Shown here piece after piece: positions 1 to 8,754 of a DNA stretch of 56,592 bases; the first letter of the stretch is position 1; every line of letters starts with the position of its first letter. The notes beneath the pieces are model-generated. The model ran no database searches. It saw nothing but the letters and a program-made list of their open reading frames with translations, and had not been told where the DNA came from. Source of the stretch: a virus (Duplodnaviria; Caudoviricetes); IMG/VR virus record IMGVR_UViG_3300035666_000025, positions 1 to 56,592 of that record; one strand, written 5' to 3'. The position numbers and the translations under genes are program-made.

Positions 1-22
1 CATGCAACCACAGGGAAACTTG

Positions 23-58
23 TTGACATAGTGTTCGATACATGAAACACTTTAGACT
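23..58 (+). promoter_or_regulatory. Putative promoter/operator of the rightward early operon
   Basis: TTGACA at 23-28; inverted repeat AGTGTT(30-35)-N10-AACACT(46-51); -10 element is weak. Confidence 0.35.
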
Positions 59-80
59 CCGCAAACTTTAGAGCAAACTC

Positions 81-248
81 ATGGAAAGAAATGATGAATG
101 GCAGTTGATGATGCAAGAGCGCGAGCAGATCACTGAAGAAAGTTTTCTGCGAGCGATGAACGGCATCGCTACCCAGCAAGACTGGAAATGGCTGGCTGCC
201 GAGTTAGGACTAACTTTTTACACGAAGGAAGAGCATGTTTATATCTGA
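81..248 (+). CDS. Hypothetical protein (55 aa, not in ORF track)
   Basis: Read manually: MERNDEWQLMMQEREQ...EEHVYI*; overlaps start of next gene. Confidence 0.6.
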   Translation: MERNDEWQLMMQEREQITEESFLRAMNGIATQQDWKWLAAELGLTFYTKEEHVYI

Positions 249-954
249 AGGCGGAAGTAACACGGAACGTACATTCAAACTGGTGCCCACTGGTAGCCAC
301 CTTGCTATCTGCTACGGCATTGTGGATCTGGGCACCCAACAGTATGTCTACCAGGGCGAGCAGAAGGCCGGCAAGATGCTGCGTTTGCTGTTTGAGTTGC
401 ATGGCGAGGACGGCGATGGTCAGCCGCTTACGCTTGATGATGGCAGGCCGCTGTCCATCAGCCAGCGCTATACGAAGTCACTGCACGAGAAGGCCAAGCT
501 GCGGCAGCACATCGTCTCTTGGCGCGGCGGTAAAGATCTGACGCCTGAAGAGCTTGGTCAAATGCCTGGGAGGACGGGTTACAACATCCGCGGCCTGATC
601 GGTAAGCATTGCATGTTGACTATCAAGCATTCGATTAAAAACGATAAGACCTTTGCAAACGTCGATGGCATCACGCAAGTGCCTGCAGTCATTCGCAAGC
701 TTGGCCTGCCCGATATGGTTAACAGCGAGGTCTACTTCAGCTTTGATGAATTCTCGATGGACGATTTCAACAAGGTCAGCCAAGGGCTGCAGAAGGTGAT
801 TACGTTGTCGCCTGAGTATCAGCGTGCCACCACGAGCCGTGCGCCGGTAACGGGAAGGCCGTCGAAGCAGGCAGAGGCCGAGGATTGGTTCGATAAGCAC
901 GAGAGGACTAATGCCAACAAGGGCATGGACGAAGACGACGACATTCCCTTCTGA
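235..954 (+). CDS. Single-stranded DNA-binding-like protein
   Basis: Acidic C-terminus DEDDDIPF matches the bacterial SSB tail; near an exonuclease gene. Confidence 0.7.
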   Translation: MFISEGGSNTERTFKLVPTGSHLAICYGIVDLGTQQYVYQGEQKAGKMLRLLFELHGEDGDGQPLTLDDGRPLSISQRYTKSLHEKAKLRQHIVSWRGGKDLTPEELGQMPGRTGYNIRGLIGKHCMLTIKHSIKNDKTFANVDGITQVPAVIRKLGLPDMVNSEVYFSFDEFSMDDFNKVSQGLQKVITLSPEYQRATTSRAPVTGRPSKQAEAEDWFDKHERTNANKGMDEDDDIPF

Positions 955-981
955 TCTCTATAACACTTAAGGACGACACAC

Positions 982-1458
982 ATGGACACTTTTGTAACAC
1001 GCGAACACATCGAAAAGAAAATCAAAGAAAAGATTTTTCTCGTGCTGCCTGATGGTTGCACAACGGTATGTCACGTCACGATGTTGAACGGCTATTTTGT
1101 AACTGGCACCAGCACTTGCGAGCGTGGCAATTTCAATATTGAGTCTGGTAAGGAAGTCTCTTTTCAAAACGTGCTTGATCAACTTTGGCACTTCGAGCGA
1201 TATGCAAAAGCCGAGATTGAGTACATCCAAGGTAGCAAGTCGTTTGTGCTTAATGCTATGGAAGTAAAAGCCATGAAAGATTCTGGCGTCTGGCAAGACC
1301 CGATTAAACGAGCGAATGCCATACAAGGGTATGTCAAAGCCAGAAATGAAGCTTATGAGAAAGCAAACGAGGCACGAGAAGATCTTAAAAAGATTTCTGC
1401 GCCATGGGGAGTTAAGAAAGACGGCACACCCCGTCGTAAACCAGGACCACGGAAATGA
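982..1458 (+). CDS. N4 Gp49/Sf6 gp66 family protein with basic C-terminal extension
   Basis: TTVCHVTMLNGYFVTGTSTC..NFNIESG...LW.FE.Y pattern; RBS AAGGA upstream. Confidence 0.7.
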   Translation: MDTFVTREHIEKKIKEKIFLVLPDGCTTVCHVTMLNGYFVTGTSTCERGNFNIESGKEVSFQNVLDQLWHFERYAKAEIEYIQGSKSFVLNAMEVKAMKDSGVWQDPIKRANAIQGYVKARNEAYEKANEAREDLKKISAPWGVKKDGTPRRKPGPRK

Positions 1459-1703
1459 AGAAAACACCCAAGGCTCCACGAGCCTATCCAACACCAGAAA
1501 CAGTCGGCATGCGCATTAATGACAAGTTGGTAGAGACGTATGACGTGCCCGTCTTCAAGCTCAAAGGCATGGTCATCGTGCCGCACTACAGCAAGCGTGA
1601 TGTGTGGGTGATGCCTGGTGGCCAGGAAACCAGCGCTGATGAGTTAATCAGCTTAGGGGCTGTGACATCGACTGAGAAGCTTTGGTCGAGGTATTGGCTA
1701 TGA
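1455..1703 (+). CDS. Hypothetical protein
   Basis: ATGA overlap with previous gene. Confidence 0.7.
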   Translation: MKKTPKAPRAYPTPETVGMRINDKLVETYDVPVFKLKGMVIVPHYSKRDVWVMPGGQETSADELISLGAVTSTEKLWSRYWL

Positions 1704-1743
1704 CTACATGCAACGAACCTTTTAACCTTTGAGGGGTATGCCA

Positions 1744-2277
1744 ATGGGCGTCGATGAACTTCTCACAAGACTTGAAGCTCGTCCTAGAGAGGAGTTTCTA
1801 AAAAACTTGAGGGCTAAATGGCAAGAGTCTATTGAGACACATGGCGCTCATTGCCCGGTATGTAATCGCTGGGGGAAGATATACGCTAGGGCTATCAACA
1901 AAACGATGGCCTATAGCCTGATCTGGCTTTGCAGTGCTCCCGCTGATGAGCATGGTTGGGTAGATGTCCCCAATTCCAACAACATGCGCGTGATTCGTTC
2001 TAATCAACTCCCTACCCTTCGATGGTGGGATTTGGTAGAGCGTATGGCAACCGATGATACCTCCGTGAAGCATTCAGGGCTTTGGCGTGTAACCGAACTA
2101 GGAAAAGACTTTGTTCACGGGCGCGTTACGGTGCCCGAGAAGGTTTATACCTACAACGCCGAAGTTATTTCTAACAGCGACAAGCGAATCAGCATCTGGC
2201 AATGCTTCAAAATTCAGTTTGACTACCAAGAGATCATGAATCAAATGTTTCCTGGCCGGCAACAATCACTATTTTGA
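1744..2277 (+). CDS. Hypothetical protein (CxxC plus possible winged helix)
   Basis: HCPVC and GLWRVTELG motifs; RBS GAGGGG at 1731-1736 favours start at 1744. Confidence 0.7.
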   Translation: MGVDELLTRLEARPREEFLKNLRAKWQESIETHGAHCPVCNRWGKIYARAINKTMAYSLIWLCSAPADEHGWVDVPNSNNMRVIRSNQLPTLRWWDLVERMATDDTSVKHSGLWRVTELGKDFVHGRVTVPEKVYTYNAEVISNSDKRISIWQCFKIQFDYQEIMNQMFPGRQQSLF

Positions 2278-2283
2278 GGGTTT

Positions 2284-3027
2284 ATGGAAATCAAAGCACC
2301 ACTTAAAGAGGGTGGCCACTGGTATGACCGCCAGGGTAATCCGCGCTATACGGTCAAAGGAGCCAATGGCCGAGAACGCAACACAACGCTCAGAGACGCA
2401 CGCAAGTACGATCTGGTACCGAGTGTCACAACCATCTTAAACGTCGCAGCCAAGCCCGGCCTGGAGGCCTGGAAGCAGCAGCAACTGCTGTTGGCAGCAC
2501 TAACCCTTCCCAAGCTCGATGACGAGTCGATTGACGCCTACGCTGACCGTGTTCTGGAGGATAGCAAGCGGCAGGCTGCAGAGGCTCGTGACTTGGGCAC
2601 GGAGATACACGCCAAGGTCCAAGGAGCCTTCGAGGGTGGGCCTGAGAACGACTACTCGACCAGCGTCAAGTCACTGCTACGCCACGCCTACGGTGAGCAG
2701 GATTGGATAAGCGAGAAAAGCTTTTGTCACCCGCAAGGGTTTGGCGGCAAGGTAGACCTGCACTGCAAGGCCGCGGTGGTGGATATCAAGACCAAAGCAT
2801 TTGGCCCGCAGGATGATCCGCAAGGCTACGACGAGCATTTGATGCAGCTATCTGCCTATCGCTCCGGGCTAATCCTGCCCAATGCGCGATGCGCCAACCT
2901 ATTTGTATCCACCACGCACCCCAATCTCGTGTCGATTTACGAGTGGACGCCTGAAGATGCAGACCGAGGCTGGGAGATGTTTGAGGCGCTTTTGCGGTTC
3001 TGGCAGGTAAAAAATAATCATTGGTAA
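2284..3027 (+). CDS. PD-(D/E)xK exonuclease (Cas4/RecE-like)
   Basis: PSVTTIL, GTEIH, GKVDL, DIKTK and QLSAY motifs. Confidence 0.85.
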   Translation: MEIKAPLKEGGHWYDRQGNPRYTVKGANGRERNTTLRDARKYDLVPSVTTILNVAAKPGLEAWKQQQLLLAALTLPKLDDESIDAYADRVLEDSKRQAAEARDLGTEIHAKVQGAFEGGPENDYSTSVKSLLRHAYGEQDWISEKSFCHPQGFGGKVDLHCKAAVVDIKTKAFGPQDDPQGYDEHLMQLSAYRSGLILPNARCANLFVSTTHPNLVSIYEWTPEDADRGWEMFEALLRFWQVKNNHW

Positions 3028-3028
3028 G

Positions 3029-3148
3029 ACAAGCGGTAGATCTCAGCGGTACAAGCGGTAGGTAGGGTGTTTACAAGTGGACTAAATACGGGCAATATCC
3101 TACCTACAGCAACCGCTGATTAACAGAGTAACTAACACGGAGAAAGCA
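3029..3148 (+). promoter_or_regulatory. Early promoter/leader cassette A with ACAAGYGG boxes and long inverted repeat
   Basis: ACAAGYGG at 3029, 3051, 3073 (22-bp period); TTTACA-17-CAATAT; leader nearly identical to 52130-52200 (-). Confidence 0.65.
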
Positions 3149-3436
3149 ATGAACAACGACATCAACAGCATCGACACCCTCGGCAATATCTTGGCTCAGA
3201 TCGCAGACCTTGAGAAACAAGCCGATGCAATCAAGGCCCAGCTTCGGGATGCAGCCACGCTCCCAGGCGGTAGCAACAGCTTCGAGGGTTCGCTCTTCAA
3301 AGCCACCGTTGTTGCGCAAGACCGCGCTACGGTCAACTACAAAAAACTTCTTGTTGAGCTTGGTGCTACTGACGAGCAAGTCGCACGTCACACCAGCCGC
3401 AGCATCAGCTTTGCTGTACGCGTTACCAGCCGCTAA
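3149..3436 (+). CDS. Hypothetical protein (coiled-coil, small early protein)
   Basis: RBS GGAG; follows promoter cassette A. Confidence 0.8.
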   Translation: MNNDINSIDTLGNILAQIADLEKQADAIKAQLRDAATLPGGSNSFEGSLFKATVVAQDRATVNYKKLLVELGATDEQVARHTSRSISFAVRVTSR

Positions 3437-3442
3437 TCAACT

Positions 3443-3457
3443 GGGGGCCTAGCCCCC
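3443..3457 (+). other. Intergenic GC hairpin
   Basis: GGGGGC-CTA-GCCCCC just before RBS GGAGG. Confidence 0.55.
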
Positions 3458-3469
3458 TTGGAGGACGCC

Positions 3470-3679
3470 ATGATCAAACTGATTGAATCTGACAAATACG
3501 ATCTGCGTATGCAGGTCTGCAATGTGGTCGAGACGGCCAACAACTTGAACCGCACATTGGCAAGTGAGTATCAAGATCTTGATGGCTATCAACTCAACGC
3601 CTTCGCTCGCTTGCAAAAAGAAATGGAAGAGCTTGAGTCGATGTTCAAGCACATCAGAAACAGGAGGAGAGCAGCATGA
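3470..3679 (+). CDS. Hypothetical protein
   Basis: RBS GGAGG, ATG at 3470. Confidence 0.7.
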   Translation: MIKLIESDKYDLRMQVCNVVETANNLNRTLASEYQDLDGYQLNAFARLQKEMEELESMFKHIRNRRRAA

Positions 3680-4032
3680 GCATGCCAGAAATCGTGAAGC
3701 GCACAGTTGCGCAGGCCATCAAATTGCTTGACGCATCAGGTGTTAAGTACAAGATTATTGACCAGGACGGCAATGAGTTTGGTGATCTTATTGTTTCCAC
3801 GCCTAAAAAAACTAGCAAGACTTATAAGCATCCGCCGGGGACAATGTACAGGTTTTATCACCCGTTGATCAAAGACATGAAAGTTGGCGATGTTGTTGCT
3901 ATCAAAAACTTTGACTTCGAGCCAAAAGCATTGCAAGGCGCAATCACTGGATGGGCTACAGAGCATTGGGGCAAAGGGTCTTACAAGACTTGTGTTGTTG
4001 GTTCCGATGTTGAAATTCTTCGTTGTTCATAA
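3676..4032 (+). CDS. Hypothetical protein
   Basis: ATGA overlap, RBS AGGAG. Confidence 0.75.
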   Translation: MSMPEIVKRTVAQAIKLLDASGVKYKIIDQDGNEFGDLIVSTPKKTSKTYKHPPGTMYRFYHPLIKDMKVGDVVAIKNFDFEPKALQGAITGWATEHWGKGSYKTCVVGSDVEILRCS

Positions 4033-4042
4033 GGAGGCGAAT

Positions 4043-4231
4043 ATGAAAACAGGTGGACCAGCGTTTCCAATCAAAGGTCCAGTAATGACTAGCGATGAGC
4101 AAGGCATGACCCTGCGCGACTACTTTGCGGCCAAGGCCATGCAAGCACTGGCGCAGGGGAATTATTTTGATGCAACCGCGAGGCAGGCTTACATGATTGC
4201 AGACGCCATGCTCGAAGCGAGGGAGAAATGA
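4043..4231 (+). CDS. Conserved small phage protein (GGPAFP...GMTLRDYFAAKAM type)
   Basis: Recognisable motif; RBS AAGGAGG. Confidence 0.8.
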   Translation: MKTGGPAFPIKGPVMTSDEQGMTLRDYFAAKAMQALAQGNYFDATARQAYMIADAMLEAREK

Positions 4232-4428
4232 CACCCGGCACACGCGTGAAGACACCTCGAGGGCTTGGCGTCCTCGAGCACATCCAAGATGACGGGACCT
4301 GCGCAGTCCGATTGATCAATGACCGTGAGTGGCCGTTTCCCGAGTGGATTTACCTGCAACGCAATCAAGTCAAGCTGGCATTCAAACCCAAGCCAGATCT
4401 GTCAACTTATGAGGAGGCACCGTTCTGA
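4228..4428 (+). CDS. Hypothetical protein (SH3/KOW-like)
   Basis: PGTRVKTPRGLGVL pattern; ATGA overlap. Confidence 0.65.
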   Translation: MTPGTRVKTPRGLGVLEHIQDDGTCAVRLINDREWPFPEWIYLQRNQVKLAFKPKPDLSTYEEAPF

Positions 4429-4721
4429 TGGAACAAGTTTACTTACAGCACCTGGGCACTTGCCCCATCTCGAAGTTTGAGACAAGCAAGCTTAAACCCG
4501 TAACCAAGCGGCCCTACAAGTTTGGCGTGAGCGCTTGCTACTCACCTGCCCCTAGGAACCATTACAGCCATGACCAGGACTGGGTGTATGACCTGATGGT
4601 ACTTGACCGCACGCCCTATCAAATGATTCGCTACAAGGGCCTCCAGTGGCTGCTGTACGCCCTTTTTGCCGGCGCTGTTATCTACTTCAGCAACGGCGTT
4701 GCACAGTGGGCAGCGCGGTAA
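4428..4721 (+). CDS. Hypothetical membrane protein
   Basis: RBS GAGGAGG; C-terminal hydrophobic helix. Confidence 0.6.
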   Translation: MEQVYLQHLGTCPISKFETSKLKPVTKRPYKFGVSACYSPAPRNHYSHDQDWVYDLMVLDRTPYQMIRYKGLQWLLYALFAGAVIYFSNGVAQWAAR

Positions 4722-4828
4722 TGGCTGACCTTATGGATTGGCTTATCACGATGTTTGGTGTCGGCTCGATCGGGCTGATTGTGTTTCTAATCTATGTTTT
4801 ATGGAGCATGCCCTATGGCGAAGAGTGA
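4721..4828 (+). CDS. Small membrane peptide
   Basis: MADLMDWLITMFGVGSIGLIVFLIYVLWS; TAATG coupling. Confidence 0.5.
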   Translation: MADLMDWLITMFGVGSIGLIVFLIYVLWSMPYGEE

Positions 4829-5054
4829 TGATCGATTGACGCTGATTGCCGCAGCGCTTAACGGGATCTTGTCCCGCGGCATTGAGCATTACAAGGATGG
4901 ACCTTATTCACTGGATACGCCTGAGCGCATTGCGACTTTGGCTATCCGTATTGCAGACGCAACCCTGGAAATTAGCAATGAAAGACTACCAAAACCCCGA
5001 AGTGCAAATCCAAGTCCTGATCGAGTACATGATGGTGATGATCGCCAGGCGTGA
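4815..5054 (+). CDS. Hypothetical protein, distant paralog of 4043-4231
   Basis: AAALNGILS...A.RIADA.L pattern. Confidence 0.6.
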   Translation: MAKSDDRLTLIAAALNGILSRGIEHYKDGPYSLDTPERIATLAIRIADATLEISNERLPKPRSANPSPDRVHDGDDRQA

Positions 5055-5151
5055 CTGGCATGGTGTCAGTGATGCAGCTAACGACATCCGCGAACTCGAG
5101 GCCGAGCAAGAAGGTCCCAACTTCCTGCGCAGGAGTCAGGAGCATGCTTAG
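4978..5151 (+). CDS. Conserved small phage protein
   Basis: LIEYM...DWHGVSDAANDIRELE motif. Confidence 0.65.
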   Translation: MKDYQNPEVQIQVLIEYMMVMIARRDWHGVSDAANDIRELEAEQEGPNFLRRSQEHA

Positions 5152-5305
5152 CGATGCTGACATCAGGGCCTGTGCTGACAGTGTCCCTGACTCACTAACG
5201 GCTGACCACTGGCTCTATGCCTTTGCTCGTGCCATTGAAGCGATGGTATTGCGCAAGCAAGCTTGTAACGATGATTGGCGTGACAGAGAAGGCGATCGCG
5301 CATGA
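5144..5305 (+). CDS. Hypothetical protein
   Basis: LSDADI...FARAIEA motif; RBS AGGAG. Confidence 0.6.
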   Translation: MLSDADIRACADSVPDSLTADHWLYAFARAIEAMVLRKQACNDDWRDREGDRA

Positions 5306-5634
5306 TCAAGATGAATGAATTGTTGTACGCACGAATGATCAAGATGCTGATGGATGGCTGCACTGCGTACAACATCTGCGATGAGACAGGGCTGCATTTG
5401 GTAACGGTCCAGTCTTATCTCAGGGCCTTACACAAGGAAGGCGTGACTCACATCACGGGCTGGGTGAAGAACTCCCGCGGTGTGGATGCCACGCACATTT
5501 ACAAGCTTGGTATCGGTGAGGACAAGCCACGGTCAAAGATGACACGGGCTGAGATTGCCAAACGATACCGGTTCAGACAACGGTTGCGCGCACGCATGGA
5601 GCGTGAGCGGATTGCTTTAGGGGTAAGACCATGA
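5302..5634 (+). CDS. Winged-HTH DNA-binding protein
   Basis: TAYNICDETGLHLVTVQSYLRALHKEG HTH and basic tail. Confidence 0.7.
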   Translation: MIKMNELLYARMIKMLMDGCTAYNICDETGLHLVTVQSYLRALHKEGVTHITGWVKNSRGVDATHIYKLGIGEDKPRSKMTRAEIAKRYRFRQRLRARMERERIALGVRP

Positions 5635-6395
5635 GCGGTGATCACAATCAATTTCAAAAACCAAAGTCATATTTAGACGACATGAATGAAGTCAGAAAAG
5701 CCTTAGAAATGGCGTTAATGGCACTAGAAGACGCCAACGATATGTTTAGCAATGATTGCAGCGTCGAAGATGTTTATGCCGATGAAATTGAGGCATTGAC
5801 TAAGGTGCTTGAGAAGAAGTCTTTTGAGTGTCCGAGGTGTGGGCATTGTTGCCAAGCAGATCAGCCAGCACAGCAGGAGCCTGTGGCGTGGATGCATACC
5901 ACTGGAACAGGGCATGTGTACTTCCGCAAAAAGCCGCAAGACAAGGTATTCAACCCACAGCCTGTGTACACCGCACCACCAAAGCGTGAGTGGGTTGGGT
6001 TGACGGATGAGGAGATTGACGCCCTGAGCCAAGCACCTTCGTTGACCGATGAATTGATGGACTGCGTTGATCGGTTGGGGTCTGAGGCTGACACTGTTGA
6101 TCCGCGTGTTTGGCAGCACTTGTTGGTGTACGCGCCGAAGCCTGAGGAGGAGCCGGTGGCGTGGATTACCGATGGGGGCAAGGGGGAACTTTGGTGGCAT
6201 CGCTCATCAAAGTTCGATGAAGAAGGCAGCCTGATCGGCCCCAATCAAGATGACATACCTCTCTACACCGCACCGCCAAAGAAACAATGGGTTGGGCTGA
6301 CATTAAATGAAGCAGAAGATTTCTACGAAAAATACACTGACAGGGCGGAGCTTATAAACGCCATAGACAGATTCCTTGAGGAGAAGAACGCATGA
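5631..6395 (+). CDS. Mosaic protein with two EPVAW...P[VL]YTAPPK..WVGLT modules
   Basis: Internal duplication of boundary motifs; CPRC..CC. Confidence 0.75.
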   Translation: MSGDHNQFQKPKSYLDDMNEVRKALEMALMALEDANDMFSNDCSVEDVYADEIEALTKVLEKKSFECPRCGHCCQADQPAQQEPVAWMHTTGTGHVYFRKKPQDKVFNPQPVYTAPPKREWVGLTDEEIDALSQAPSLTDELMDCVDRLGSEADTVDPRVWQHLLVYAPKPEEEPVAWITDGGKGELWWHRSSKFDEEGSLIGPNQDDIPLYTAPPKKQWVGLTLNEAEDFYEKYTDRAELINAIDRFLEEKNA

Positions 6396-6769
6396 CAGAC
6401 GAAGAACTGTTGAGGTATGCCGCAAAAGCGGCGGGGTATGTTGAGCCAACCATGTATAGGCCAAAAACAAACTGTCTTTTGTGGGTCGGGAAGGAGTCCG
6501 GCGCATCCATATGGAGTCCATTTCACGACGACAAAGATGCTTTTCACTTGATGATTGATTTAGACATCGGCGTTCACCACGGCTGGACATTCGCAGATGA
6601 GAAGGTGCCGTATGCAAATGTGTGCGCTCAACATATCCCGTCGATGATTGAGGTCGGGGAAATAAAGGGTGATGACCCAAAAGCCGCAACTCGCCGCGCC
6701 ATCGTCAGAGCCGCCGCTGAGATTGGTAAAAACATGGAGAAGGACACCATAAGGGAGCGCAATGAATGA
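6392..6769 (+). CDS. Conserved phage protein (possibly NinX-like)
   Basis: WSPFHDDKDAF...ATRRAIVRAAAEIG motif. Confidence 0.7.
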   Translation: MTDEELLRYAAKAAGYVEPTMYRPKTNCLLWVGKESGASIWSPFHDDKDAFHLMIDLDIGVHHGWTFADEKVPYANVCAQHIPSMIEVGEIKGDDPKAATRRAIVRAAAEIGKNMEKDTIRERNE

Positions 6770-7082
6770 CGCTCTACGCTATCGCATGCTCAGGCAATTG
6801 GTTGACTACCCCGATCAAATGGATGCTGACCTAGATGAGCTTATACGAGAAGCAATTGAAAATTATCGAGCGACTGCACAACCAGGCGCAAAACCAAATG
6901 AAAACAGATCCAGCCTTGGCCGATCAATATTTGCACGATCTGGCCTGGAATGTTCTGGAATTGAGAAAGAGACTACACGATGCAATGCCCGTATTGTCGA
7001 AACGAGTCAGGACGGTCTTACAAGACAACCGTCCTTGACACCAGGTCTTACTGGGAACCCAACAAGCTTAGATTTTATTTAG
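6762..7082 (+). CDS. Hypothetical protein (only N-terminal part convincing)
   Basis: Coupled to previous gene; C-terminal half overlaps two other ORFs. Confidence 0.4.
   Translation: MNDALRYRMLRQLVDYPDQMDADLDELIREAIENYRATAQPGAKPNENRSSLGRSIFARSGLECSGIEKETTRCNARIVETSQDGLTRQPSLTPGLTGNPTSLDFI
6835..7038 (+). CDS. Hypothetical helical protein
   Basis: Amphipathic helical composition; nested in another frame. Confidence 0.45.
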   Translation: MSLYEKQLKIIERLHNQAQNQMKTDPALADQYLHDLAWNVLELRKRLHDAMPVLSKRVRTVLQDNRP

Positions 7083-7192
7083 AGCGCCGACGCGAATGCA
7101 AAAAATGTCAAACACGATTCATCACCAGAGAGTTCTCACCATCGGTTCCACCACCCTCACGCTCAGAGAGTGGGCCAAGCGAGGAAAGCTAA
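6980..7192 (+). CDS. NrdR-like N-terminal zinc-ribbon protein (no ATP cone)
   Basis: MQCPYC...T.VLDTR...RRRECKKCQTRFITRE. Confidence 0.75.
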   Translation: MQCPYCRNESGRSYKTTVLDTRSYWEPNKLRFYLERRRECKKCQTRFITREFSPSVPPPSRSESGPSEES

Positions 7193-7410
7193 GCTATTAC
7201 ACCCTGAAGTGGCGCGTGGATCAAGGATGGCCATCAGACCGTTTATTTGAGCGCAGGGAAGGCTTCCAGGAGGGTGTTAAGGTCTGTAGTGCCTGCGGCG
7301 AAACAAAGCCCTCTGAGGGCTATTACAAGCGTTCCAGAGGGGGCTGGTATTCAGAGTGCAAGGCTTGCCACAAGAAGCGCGTTATCTCAAATACATCGGC
7401 GCATAAATAG
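7096..7410 (+). CDS. HTH plus zinc-finger protein (HNH-associated-type domains)
   Basis: TLREWAK...TLKWRVDQGW and CSACGETKP...ECKAC. Confidence 0.65.
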   Translation: MQKMSNTIHHQRVLTIGSTTLTLREWAKRGKLSYYTLKWRVDQGWPSDRLFERREGFQEGVKVCSACGETKPSEGYYKRSRGGWYSECKACHKKRVISNTSAHK

Positions 7411-8746
7411 AGGGAGGCTGTAAGCCAGCGCCGGTTTCTTGTGCCTTCTTAGATTTATCGTAAAGGTACATTGCAATCGGGCTGGCAACTGCCGTGGCTA
7501 ACCCTACGCCCCTAACAGCAGGATTAGGGAATAACGTAGCCAGTCCGCCTAATGCACCAGCGCCAGCAATGGCCGCGCCAGGATCATCCCCGCCCTTCAG
7601 TCTTGTATAAGCTTCTTGCCCGCCCTCTGCTGCAGCAAGACCGCCTAAGCCACCAGAAAAAACAGGCGATCTGAAGGGTGCCGTCATACCTCGACCCATT
7701 GCCCTGCCAACATTGGCAGTGGTCTGTTGGGTGCGCTGCAATAAGGAAGGCCTTGGCGGCGGTGTCGTTCCTTGTGGAGGGGGAATATCTGCGTAAACCT
7801 GGCTCGATGGCAACAGCACGCCTGAAGGTGTAGACGTTAAGCCAGGAGCCTTGGCCATCACAGACTTGGCATCGCCCGTAATCACACCTTGCCGCTGCAA
7901 TTGCTGCAGAACTTCCGCTTGCTGTTTTGCGGCTGCAGACTGTTGAGACGTGCCAGTCTGGTAAGTTGTCTGTCGTGCCCTTCCTGTAGCGCCGGCATCC
8001 GTAGTGCCTTGCATTTGCCGGGTGTGCATCGGATCGGTAGGAATAGGTGCTGGTGGCGTCCCCTGCCTAGCAGCAGCCGCCTGTGCGGCTATGATGTCAC
8101 GCACGTCACGCAAACCTGATGCTGTAGCCGAGCCAACCTCTGCAACCTTAGCGCCAGCAGCGCCGGCACCCATAGCCATCAAATCAGTTAAAGCTTGAGC
8201 TTTTGTTTCTGGATTCTGAAACTTACTCAGAAACTCTTCAGCGGCGCTTTTACTCTTGCCGCCGCCCTGGTCGCCTTGATCTTCTTGCCCTGGTGGCTTC
8301 GGCATATCTGTAAAGCCGCCAAGCTTATAAATGTCTCGGACATAATTCTCTGTAGACTCGGGTAGATTTCCCTTTGTCGGATCAGATAAGTAAGTGAGTT
8401 CAGGGCCGGCGTTATAAGCAATCGCAGCCACCATCGGATCATTGTCGTAGCGATCCAAGTGCCGACGCAGGATGTCAATACCGATGCCGATATTTTTAAC
8501 CGGATCAGCTAACTCCTTTGGGTCGTAGCCATACTGTTTGGCCGTGCCTGGCCGCACTTGCATAAGACCCACTTCATCTTTAGTACCCATGGCACCCGGA
8601 TTTAGCTTGCTTTCTTGCCAAGCCAGTGCCAAAGCAAATCTTGGTGGGACGCCACGCTTTTCTGCTTCCGTAACAATCAGATCAGCATACTTGGCCTGCT
8701 CTGGCGAAAGCGAATTAAGGAACGGCAGGATGTCTTTATCTTCCAT
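7382..8746 (-). CDS. Virion lytic transglycosylase (SLT) ejection protein
   Basis: QES, GLMQV and AYNAG motifs; Gly/Ala-rich hydrophobic C-terminus. Confidence 0.85.
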   Translation of the reverse strand: MEDKDILPFLNSLSPEQAKYADLIVTEAEKRGVPPRFALALAWQESKLNPGAMGTKDEVGLMQVRPGTAKQYGYDPKELADPVKNIGIGIDILRRHLDRYDNDPMVAAIAYNAGPELTYLSDPTKGNLPESTENYVRDIYKLGGFTDMPKPPGQEDQGDQGGGKSKSAAEEFLSKFQNPETKAQALTDLMAMGAGAAGAKVAEVGSATASGLRDVRDIIAAQAAAARQGTPPAPIPTDPMHTRQMQGTTDAGATGRARQTTYQTGTSQQSAAAKQQAEVLQQLQRQGVITGDAKSVMAKAPGLTSTPSGVLLPSSQVYADIPPPQGTTPPPRPSLLQRTQQTTANVGRAMGRGMTAPFRSPVFSGGLGGLAAAEGGQEAYTRLKGGDDPGAAIAGAGALGGLATLFPNPAVRGVGLATAVASPIAMYLYDKSKKAQETGAGLQPPSIYAPMYLR

Positions 8747-8754
8747 GATATGCC

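Noticed and set aside
1-60. Terminal repeat or circular overlap with the window end
   Set aside because: No matching sequence seen between the two ends; the right end stops inside a gene
2284-3027. Cas4 as part of a CRISPR system
   Set aside because: Standalone phage exonuclease near an SSB-like gene; no array or other cas genes
3884-4042. N-terminal extension of ORF 3884-4231
   Set aside because: Overlaps the upstream gene; strong RBS supports the start at 4043
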